A DNA stretch of 51,357 nucleotides from Flavobacterium sp. (lineage in GTDB: Bacteria; Bacteroidota; Bacteroidia; Flavobacteriales; Flavobacteriaceae): contig JBIPNF010000001.1 of assembly GCA_044373885.1 (NCBI GenBank), forward strand, positions 1-51,357. Direction: 5' to 3'. Position numbers and translations under genes: made by a program. Below are positions 37,899 to 45,162 of this stretch, one piece after another. How positions within the stretch are numbered: position 1 is the stretch's first letter; every line of letters starts with the position of its first letter. A model generated the notes under the pieces. The model did no database searches and had not been told where the DNA came from. It saw only the letters and a list, made by a program, of their open reading frames with translations.

Positions 37899-37952
37899 TT
37901 CCCCTTATTATTAATGTCATTTTGAAGCGAATTAACAGTCTATTTCTACCAA

Positions 37953-38021
37953 TCCTATTCCCGCTGTTCGTTTCAATCCACGCAAAAGCGTGGGATTTTC
38001 ACTGCCATCGGGGCTAAAGGA
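37953..38021 (-). ncRNA. Flavo-1-like structured element (copy C)
   Basis: Minus strand TTTAGCCCCGATGGCAGTGAAAATCCCACGC-TTTT-GCGTGGATTGAAACGAACAGCGGGAATAGG aligns with copy A (TTTAGCCCTGATAGCAG..ATAGCAGGAAATAG). Confidence 0.55.
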
Positions 38022-38076
38022 GTATTGTCTTTTGTATTTGTAATTTTTGGCTTAAAATAATATAACTTTCAATGTT

Positions 38077-39225
38077 TTATTTGCAATACTTCGTCTCAGC
38101 CTCCAATACCATTTCAGCTTCGTTTCCTAAAAAAATTGCTTGTTTTAAATCTTTACAAATTTTTTCTTTTTCACTTTCAGAAATTTCTCCTTTCTTTTTT
38201 GATGCGAAAACAGTTACCTCACTGTTTTTTAATAATTCTCTATCGCCACCAAATTCATGTTTTCGTATTCTCGCAAAGGCTCTATTTGCAATCGCATAAG
38301 TCATAAATGGTTCAAGAGTTAATGCTTTATCTAAATCTGTTAACGCTTCATCAAATAGCATTTCATTTAGTTTTAAAGTTCCTCTCGAAAAATAGGCTTC
38401 TGCATATTCGGCATCAATTTCAATTGCTTTGTTACAATATTTAATTGCCGATTTTCTATCTCCATTAGTTGAACTCTCTTTACTCTTTTGCATCAACTGA
38501 GCGATTTTTTCTAATCTTTTATCAGGAATTATTTTGCCATTTTCCCCTAATTCAACTGATAAAATTTTTCCAGTTGAGTAGTAAATTATGTTTTCTCCTT
38601 CAACTATTCCGTTTTTTAAATTGGTTCGCCGTTTAACTTGTCCATTTGGAAAATAAGTTTCCCAAACCCCATCTTCTCCCCCATTTATTCTTGTTCCTTT
38701 TTGTTTTAAAGTTCCGTCTTCATAATATTCCTTTTCAAGTCCGTTTGGAATTGAATTTGTGTAATATCTTTCAACGGATAAATTACCATTTTGAAAATAC
38801 ATTTTACGCAATCCATCAAGTTTTCCATTTATTAATATTCCCTCGCCTTGAATCCTTCCACTGTAATAATAATCAATAAATTTTCCGTTAAAGATTTCAT
38901 TATTTAAATACCAAATTCCATTTTTCCGTTCCATCTGTTTTGATGAAGGAATTTTTTTAAGTTCTTCTGATCTTTTTCTATATTCTTTTGTGTAAATATA
39001 AATTGCTCCATCAAATTTCTCAAAACCAAGAGTTTTTAAACTATCAATATTTTTAATAACATTTATATCTGCAATTTCACTTTCAACAATTTCATTACCT
39101 TTTTCAGGATCTTCAAGTATTGTTATATTATCTACAATATAAACTATGTTTTCGGACTTATCCTGTCCAAAGAATTTTAATGTTAAAAGGAAAATTGCAA
39201 TTGTTAGAAATAAGTTTCTTTTCAT
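38077..39225 (-). CDS. Secreted MORN-variant repeat plus TPR protein
   Basis: Signal peptide MKRNLFLTIAIFLLTLKFFG-Q. Repeats YYYSGRIQ, YFQNGNL, YYEDGTLK and YFPNGQVK; TPRs KAIEID..EAYFSRG and KALTLEP..AIANRA. Confidence 0.8.
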   Translation of the reverse strand: MKRNLFLTIAIFLLTLKFFGQDKSENIVYIVDNITILEDPEKGNEIVESEIADINVIKNIDSLKTLGFEKFDGAIYIYTKEYRKRSEELKKIPSSKQMERKNGIWYLNNEIFNGKFIDYYYSGRIQGEGILINGKLDGLRKMYFQNGNLSVERYYTNSIPNGLEKEYYEDGTLKQKGTRINGGEDGVWETYFPNGQVKRRTNLKNGIVEGENIIYYSTGKILSVELGENGKIIPDKRLEKIAQLMQKSKESSTNGDRKSAIKYCNKAIEIDAEYAEAYFSRGTLKLNEMLFDEALTDLDKALTLEPFMTYAIANRAFARIRKHEFGGDRELLKNSEVTVFASKKKGEISESEKEKICKDLKQAIFLGNEAEMVLEAETKYCK

Positions 39226-39255
39226 TTGTTTGACTTTATTATTCACTAAATCAAC

Positions 39256-39263
39256 CAAATATA
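39256..39263 (-). promoter_or_regulatory. -7 box of the leftward promoter (MORN/TPR and Zn-finger unit)
   Basis: TATATTTG on the minus strand; a TTG about 18 nt upstream falls inside the first ACAAAC repeat. Confidence 0.6.
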
Positions 39264-39280
39264 CTTATAATTTTCCAATT

Positions 39281-39330
39281 ACAAACGCTTACAAACAACT
39301 ACAACCGAAAGTAAGCAGTTAACAACCGAA
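39281..39330 (+). promoter_or_regulatory. Helically phased direct repeats ACAA(A/C)C, candidate operator array
   Basis: ACAAACG at 39281, ACAAACA at 39291, ACAACCGAA at 39301 and ACAACCGAA at 39322. Confidence 0.6.
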
Positions 39331-39427
39331 TAAATTTTGGAAGTCGCCACATCTTTGCAATGTCGAAATCAAACAAGTATCGGCAAAACAAAAACATTTT
39401 ATATAAACCATTTAAATTTTAAACGCC

Positions 39428-39760
39428 ATGAGCACATTAAGAAACAAAGTACAGTTAATTGGACACGTAGGACAAGATCCAGAAATCAAAACATTCGACG
39501 GAGGAAAAAAGTTAGCAAAATTAGCAATCGCTACAAACGAAAACTACAAAAACGAAAAAGGCGAGAAAGTAGAAGAAACCCAATGGCACAATCTTGTCGC
39601 TTGGGGAAAAACAGCCGACATCATTGAAAAATATGTAGTTAAAGGAAAAGAAATCGCAATTGAAGGCAAACTAACCCACAAAAGTTACGAAGACAAAAAC
39701 GGAGAAAAACGCTACGTTACCGAAGTCGTAATTGATGAGATATTGTTGTTAGGGAAATAA
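39428..39760 (+). CDS. ssb: Single-stranded DNA-binding protein, short form without acidic C-terminal tail
   Basis: NKVQLIGHVGQDPE, TQWHNLVAWGKTA, KGKEIAIEGKL and YVTEV; the protein ends at DEILLLGK (110 aa). Confidence 0.92.
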   Translation: MSTLRNKVQLIGHVGQDPEIKTFDGGKKLAKLAIATNENYKNEKGEKVEETQWHNLVAWGKTADIIEKYVVKGKEIAIEGKLTHKSYEDKNGEKRYVTEVVIDEILLLGK

Positions 39761-39779
39761 AAACTATCCTTTAGTTTTC

Positions 39780-39821
39780 AGTCGCAGTTTTCAGTTTTTC
39801 TGGCAACTGCGGCTTTTTTTT
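39780..39821 (+). terminator. Intrinsic terminator after ssb
   Basis: AGTCGCAGTT..AACTGCGGCT stem followed by a T run. Confidence 0.65.
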
Positions 39822-39857
39822 GTATCTATTTGGTAAACTTTTCAATTAATTATCTAA

Positions 39858-40054
39858 GCCACGATTTGCACTAATTATCATGAATTATATTTTTAATTTC
39901 TTTAGGTTTTATTCCTCAAAGCTCTGCTTCGATTTTTTTACCGCAAATTCACAAATTAAAAATTAAAAATTTGCGAATTTGCGGTGAATGCCTCTCGGAC
40001 TCTACCCAAGGAAGTTAGTTTTAAAAATCTGTGGAAATCAATTAAATCTGTGGC
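39858..40054. repeat. Composite REP-like cluster between ssb and the cat-like gene
   Basis: Inner 18-bp hairpin ACCGCAAATTCACAAATT (39940-39957) / AATTTGCGAATTTGCGGT (39968-39985). Outer GCCACGATTT (39858) faces two AAATCTGTGG copies (40025, 40044). Confidence 0.7.
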
Positions 40055-40068
40055 GAAAGTTTTATGCA

Positions 40069-40701
40069 TTATTTTCCGTTCATCAAATCCTGAAAACAAT
40101 CTATAAATTGTCCAACATGCAATCCATCCATTAAACCATGGTGCACGTGAACAGACATGGGCATCGTTCGCTTTCCGTTTTCTGAAACGCTCATTTTTCC
40201 AAAAGAAATTTTAGGACAACTATCCGCAAAAGTAAAACTTCGTGCATGCGAAAGTGATGTAAAATCAACCCAAGGAATTGCAGAAAAATGAATCAAATTG
40301 TCGCTTTCAAACGTCCGAGTAAAAAGCCCTTTTGTGGTTTGAATACGTTCCATTTCAGCCAACGCTATTTTTGAAAAAACGGCAAAATCTTGATTGTATT
40401 CCATAAAGGAAAACCCAAAAGTCCCATCTTCCCGACTTATAGTTACAGAACTATTTATAACATCATAAACATATATTTCCTCTTCAAAAATCCGAAATCG
40501 AAACGACTCAATTGCATTTACAGCAGCCAAAGTTTTGTGTAAATAATAAATGAAAAAAGAAAAATTTTCGGCTTTTGATTTTTCATACGCTTTGGTGCAA
40601 TCAATAGTTACGGTAACCCCAAAAAAAGGTTCTTCCATTTGCTTGAAAAAATGAAAATGTTCCGTTCGATTCCAAGTATCGAGATTTAATTTTTGTTTCA
40701 A
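40069..40701 (-). CDS. Chloramphenicol acetyltransferase (CatA)-like O-acetyltransferase
   Basis: WNRTEHFHFF, FSAIPWVDFTS, PKISFGK and the catalytic motif VHHGLMDGLH. Confidence 0.85.
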   Translation of the reverse strand: MKQKLNLDTWNRTEHFHFFKQMEEPFFGVTVTIDCTKAYEKSKAENFSFFIYYLHKTLAAVNAIESFRFRIFEEEIYVYDVINSSVTISREDGTFGFSFMEYNQDFAVFSKIALAEMERIQTTKGLFTRTFESDNLIHFSAIPWVDFTSLSHARSFTFADSCPKISFGKMSVSENGKRTMPMSVHVHHGLMDGLHVGQFIDCFQDLMNGK

Positions 40702-40738
40702 TTTATATGTTTTTGGTAATCTGAGAAATTAAATCAAC

Positions 40739-41425
40739 TTATAGTAAAAGCGGCAAGACTTTTGAAATATTTGTATACGAATAAAAATTATCGTGTTCAA
40801 TTTCAAAATCAATTTTTTCGTATTCCCAAGTGGTGTGATACGGAATATGAACGCCAAAACCACCAATATTTAAAATAGGTAATACATCCGATTTAAGAGA
40901 ATTTCCAATCATCAAAAAATCTTCTGATTTACAATCCAATCGTCCTAACATTTTTTGATAATCCAATTCGGTTTTGTCACTCATCACCTCAATATGATGA
41001 AAAAAAGTGCCAATTCCAGAGTCGTGAAGTTTTCTGTGCTGGTCTTTTAAATCGCCTTTGGTGGCAACAACCAATTTATATTTTCCTTGCAATTCTTGTA
41101 AAACGGTTTCTACTTCGGGTAATAATTCTACCGGTTTTTGCAATAAATCTTTGCCAATTGCAATAATTTTTTCAATTCCTTTTCCTGAAATTGAATGATT
41201 GGTTAATTCTAAAGCCGTTTCTATCATCGATAATGTAAAGGCTTTAATTCCAAAACCATACAGCGGTAAATTATTCACTTGATGATTTAATATCAAACCC
41301 AATATCTCTTGACTTGACGCATAATCTTGAAATAAAACACAAAAACGTGCTTGCGCTTCATCGAAATAAGGTTCGTTGTGCCACAACGTGTCATCGGCGT
41401 CGAATGCAATTACTTTTAAGTTCAT
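40739..41425 (-). CDS. HAD-superfamily hydrolase
   Basis: Motif I FDADDTLW, ATKGD and MIGNSLKSD. Confidence 0.9.
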   Translation of the reverse strand: MNLKVIAFDADDTLWHNEPYFDEAQARFCVLFQDYASSQEILGLILNHQVNNLPLYGFGIKAFTLSMIETALELTNHSISGKGIEKIIAIGKDLLQKPVELLPEVETVLQELQGKYKLVVATKGDLKDQHRKLHDSGIGTFFHHIEVMSDKTELDYQKMLGRLDCKSEDFLMIGNSLKSDVLPILNIGGFGVHIPYHTTWEYEKIDFEIEHDNFYSYTNISKVLPLLL

Positions 41426-41438
41426 TAGAATATTTTTT

Positions 41439-41483
41439 ACCGCAGACTCGAAGATTAAAAAAAATAATCTGCGAATCTGCGGT
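41439..41483. repeat. ACCGCAGATT-family REP-like hairpin
   Basis: ACCGCAGACTCGAAGATT / AATCTGCGAATCTGCGGT, the same family as 39940-39985. Confidence 0.75.
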
Positions 41484-41491
41484 TATTTTTT

Positions 41492-43552
41492 TTAATTTAT
41501 CGTCTCCCCATTCCCAACCCCATCAACATCCGGATTCACAAAAACCAATTTTCCTTCGGCATTTGTAGTCATCAAAATCATTCCTTGACTTTCCACGCCA
41601 CGTAGATTTCTTGGCGCCAAATTTACTAAAACAGTAACGCGTTTTCCAATAATTTCTTCAGGAGAAAAACTCTCGGCAATTCCCGAAACGATTGTGCGTA
41701 CATCAATTCCTGTATCGATTTTTAAAATCAATAATTTATTAGCTTTTGGCATTTTTTCTGCTTCTAAAATCGTTCCAACACGCAAATCCATTTTGGCAAA
41801 ATCCTCATATTGAATGGTTTCCTTCTGTGGATCAGCAACTTTATTTTCTGCTGTATTTGCCACTTTGGTTGCTTCCAATTTATCCATTTGTTTTTGAATT
41901 TCTTCGTCTTCAATTTTAGCAAATAGCAATTCTGCTTCGCCAATTTTGTGTCCCGAAGGAATCAATTCAGAAGTTTCGGAAACGGTTTTCCAATCAATTT
42001 TAGTTTCTATTTTTAGAATTCTAGATAGTTTTGTAGCAGTAAATGGTAAAAATGGTTCACAAAGCGTACTCAATGCTGCAGCAATTTGCAAGGCTACATA
42101 CATTTGTGTTTGAACGCGTTCTGGATTGTCTTTTATTACTTTCCAAGGTTCTTCATCGGCAAGATATTTATTTCCCAAACGGGCAACATTCATCAATTCG
42201 CCCAAAGCCTCTCTAAATCGGTAGCGCTCAATTGAACTTGAAATTACGGCTGGATACGCTTTTAATTCGGTCAAAGTAGCATTATCCATAACCGAAAATT
42301 CGTTCGGATTTGGGACAATTCCCTCGTAATATTTATTGGTTAAAACCACCACACGATTAATGAAATTCCCAAAAACAGCAACCAATTCATTATTGTTTCT
42401 CGCCTGAAAATCTTTCCAAGTAAAGTCATTATCCTTTGTTTCTGGAGCATTTGATGTCAACGCATAACGCAAAACATCTTGCTGATTTGGAAATTCTTCC
42501 AAATATTCGTGCAACCAAACCGCCCAATTTTTTGAAGTCGATAATTTGTTTCCTTCCAAATTTAAGAATTCATTTGCAGGAACATTATCGGGTAAAATAT
42601 AACTTCCTTCGGCCTTTAACATGGCAGGAAAAATAATACAATGAAAAACGATGTTGTCTTTTCCAATGAAGTGAACCAACTTGGTATCTTCATTTTTCCA
42701 ATACGGTTCCCAGTCTTTTCCTTCGCGCAAAGCCCATTCTTTTGAAGCAGAAATATAGCCAATTGGCGCATCAAACCAAACGTATAATTTTTTTCCTTCG
42801 GCACCTTCAACGGGAACATCAATTCCCCAATCTAAATCTCTGGTTACAGCGCGAGGCTCTAATCCGCCGTCAATCCAAGATTTTACTTGACCGTAAACAT
42901 TAGGCTTCCAATCGTTTTTATGTCCAACTAAAATCCATTCTTTCAAGAAATCTTCATAACGATCCAAAGGCAAAAACCAATGTTTCGTTGCTTTCATTAT
43001 TGGAGTTTCTCCTGTAATAGTTGATTTAGGATTTATTAAATCAGTTGCATTTAGTGTAGAACCACATTTTTCACATTGATCGCCATATGCTTCTTCATTT
43101 CCGCATTTTGGACAGGTTCCAATTACAAATCGGTCGGCCAAAAATTGATTTGCTTTAGCATCGTATAATTGCTCGGTTACTTGCTCTATAAAATCGCCCT
43201 TATCGTATAATTTTTTGAAAAATTGGGAAGCGGTATCATGATGAATTTTTGAAGAAGTTCTAGAATAATTATCAAAAGAAATTCCAAAATCAACAAATGA
43301 TTTACGAATAATTCCATCATATTTATCGATTATTTCTTGTGGCGTAACTCCTTCTTTTTTGGCTTTCATCGAAATAGCAACCCCGTGTTCATCGCTTCCG
43401 CAAACAAACAAAACGTCTCTACCTTGCAATCTTAAATAACGAGAATAAATATCTGAGGGTACATATACACCCGCCAAATGTCCGATGTGAATAGGTCCGT
43501 TTGTATAAGGCAAAGCTGCCGTTATAGTATATCTTTTAGGATTTTGTATCAT
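41492..43552 (-). CDS. metG: Methionyl-tRNA synthetase
   Basis: [13 protein letters not shown], Zn knuckle [23 protein letters not shown] and a C-terminal tRNA-binding OB domain. A -7 box lies at 43595-43602. Confidence 0.98.
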   Translation of the reverse strand: MIQNPKRYTITAALPYTNGPIHIGHLAGVYVPSDIYSRYLRLQGRDVLFVCGSDEHGVAISMKAKKEGVTPQEIIDKYDGIIRKSFVDFGISFDNYSRTSSKIHHDTASQFFKKLYDKGDFIEQVTEQLYDAKANQFLADRFVIGTCPKCGNEEAYGDQCEKCGSTLNATDLINPKSTITGETPIMKATKHWFLPLDRYEDFLKEWILVGHKNDWKPNVYGQVKSWIDGGLEPRAVTRDLDWGIDVPVEGAEGKKLYVWFDAPIGYISASKEWALREGKDWEPYWKNEDTKLVHFIGKDNIVFHCIIFPAMLKAEGSYILPDNVPANEFLNLEGNKLSTSKNWAVWLHEYLEEFPNQQDVLRYALTSNAPETKDNDFTWKDFQARNNNELVAVFGNFINRVVVLTNKYYEGIVPNPNEFSVMDNATLTELKAYPAVISSSIERYRFREALGELMNVARLGNKYLADEEPWKVIKDNPERVQTQMYVALQIAAALSTLCEPFLPFTATKLSRILKIETKIDWKTVSETSELIPSGHKIGEAELLFAKIEDEEIQKQMDKLEATKVANTAENKVADPQKETIQYEDFAKMDLRVGTILEAEKMPKANKLLILKIDTGIDVRTIVSGIAESFSPEEIIGKRVTVLVNLAPRNLRGVESQGMILMTTNAEGKLVFVNPDVDGVGNGETIN

Positions 43553-43736
43553 AATTATATTTTAGAAATTCTTGAAACACGTTCAGAATCTATGCAAAAA
43601 TAAGATATTTTCTGATAGGGACAAGTTGCTGACAGGCACGTACTGAATAATTTATTGTTTATTAAAATTTATAACGATGAAGTAACTTCAATCCTATTTT
43701 GTATATTCGTAAATTGAATACCTGAAATCTATAATA

Positions 43737-45080
43737 ATGAAGTGGGAACAATTACTATCTCTCAAGCGCCAAGGCGACACTAGCAAGCGATTACGCAAAG
43801 AACAAGACGACACCCGATTGGGTTTTGAGGTTGATTATGACCGAATTATATTTTCAGCAGCTTTCCGAAGTTTGCAAGACAAAACACAAGTGATTCCGTT
43901 GTCGAAAACTGATTTTGTGCATACGCGATTGACGCATAGTTTAGAAGTTTCTGTAGTTGGGCGCTCAATTGGTCGGTTAGTTGGCAAAAAAATAATTGAA
44001 AAATATCCTTATTTACAAGAAATTCACGGATTTCAAATGAATGATTTTGGCGCTATTGTTGCTGCGGCTTCTTTGGCTCATGATATTGGAAATCCACCTT
44101 TTGGACATTCTGGGGAGAAAGCAATTGGCGAATATTTTTCAAATGGTAACGGACAAAAATACCAAGCCGATTTGACAAAAAAAGAGTGGCAAGACCTCAT
44201 CGATTTTGAAGGAAATGCCAATGGTTTTTCAGTTTTAACGAGTTCAAGACCCGGAAACGAAGGTGGATTGAGGATTTCCTATGCAACGCTTGGCGCCTAC
44301 ATGAAATATCCAAAAGAAAGTTTGCCAAAAAAACCAACTTCAGATATAGCCGATAAAAAATATGGTTTTTTTCAATCGGATGTAGCTTTTTTTAAAGAGG
44401 TAGCTTCAGAATTGGGGATGATTTCTAATAAAACTGGAAATGATGTTGGTTTTGAAAGACATCCTTTGGCCTATTTGGTCGAAGCTGCTGATGATATTTG
44501 TTACACTATTATCGATTTTGAAGATGGAATGAACCTTGGATTGGTTTCTGAAGATTATGCCTTAGAATATTTAATAAAATTAGTGAAAGACAGTATTGAT
44601 ACCAAAAAATACAATACTTTAACAACAAAAGAAGATCGTATTAGCTATTTGCGAGCACTTGCAATTGGAAGTTTAATTAACGATGCCGTGAATGTATTTA
44701 TAGAAAATGAAGCTGCAATTTTAGAAGGAAAATTCCCCTTTGCATTAACAGATAAAAGCAAATACAAAGCTCAAATGGATGATATTATCAAACTAAGTGT
44801 GAAAAATATTTATCAAAGTCGGGAAGTTATCGAAAAAGAATTGACGGGTTATCAGATAATAAATACATTATTAGATAAATTTACAACTGCTTTTAACAAT
44901 GATTTTGATGGAAAAGCATCTAATTTCGATAAATTAGTATTGCAATTACTTCCTGAAAAATTCAAAGTTGAAAAAGAAAATTTATACGACAGATTGCTTC
45001 ATATTTGTCACTTTATTTCCTTGCTAACTGACGGGAATGCCTATATTTTATATAACACAATTACAGCATCTAAAAGTTAA
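43737..45080 (+). CDS. dgt: dGTP triphosphohydrolase (HD superfamily)
   Basis: FRSLQDKTQV, TRLTHSLEV, AHDIGNPPFGHSGE, FEGNAN and EAADDICY. Confidence 0.93.
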   Translation: MKWEQLLSLKRQGDTSKRLRKEQDDTRLGFEVDYDRIIFSAAFRSLQDKTQVIPLSKTDFVHTRLTHSLEVSVVGRSIGRLVGKKIIEKYPYLQEIHGFQMNDFGAIVAAASLAHDIGNPPFGHSGEKAIGEYFSNGNGQKYQADLTKKEWQDLIDFEGNANGFSVLTSSRPGNEGGLRISYATLGAYMKYPKESLPKKPTSDIADKKYGFFQSDVAFFKEVASELGMISNKTGNDVGFERHPLAYLVEAADDICYTIIDFEDGMNLGLVSEDYALEYLIKLVKDSIDTKKYNTLTTKEDRISYLRALAIGSLINDAVNVFIENEAAILEGKFPFALTDKSKYKAQMDDIIKLSVKNIYQSREVIEKELTGYQIINTLLDKFTTAFNNDFDGKASNFDKLVLQLLPEKFKVEKENLYDRLLHICHFISLLTDGNAYILYNTITASKS

Positions 45081-45162
45081 ATAGTCAATTATTTATGTTG
45101 TTTTTTTGAAACAGCTATTTGTAAATGTTATTTTTACAACATATAAATCACTGAATATAAAA

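Noticed and set aside
39281-39330. CRISPR array or iteron origin
   Set aside because: The repeats are only 6-9 bp with no unique 25-40 bp spacers, and no cas or rep gene is nearby.
43553-43736. SAM riboswitch or T-box upstream of metG
   Set aside because: No SAM-I/II or T-box consensus is visible, and a -7 box about 40 nt upstream of the ATG leaves too short a leader.
43737-45080. dGTPase as an anti-phage defence system
   Set aside because: It sits alone in a housekeeping context, divergent from metG, with no defence-island neighbours. It is most simply the ordinary dgt.
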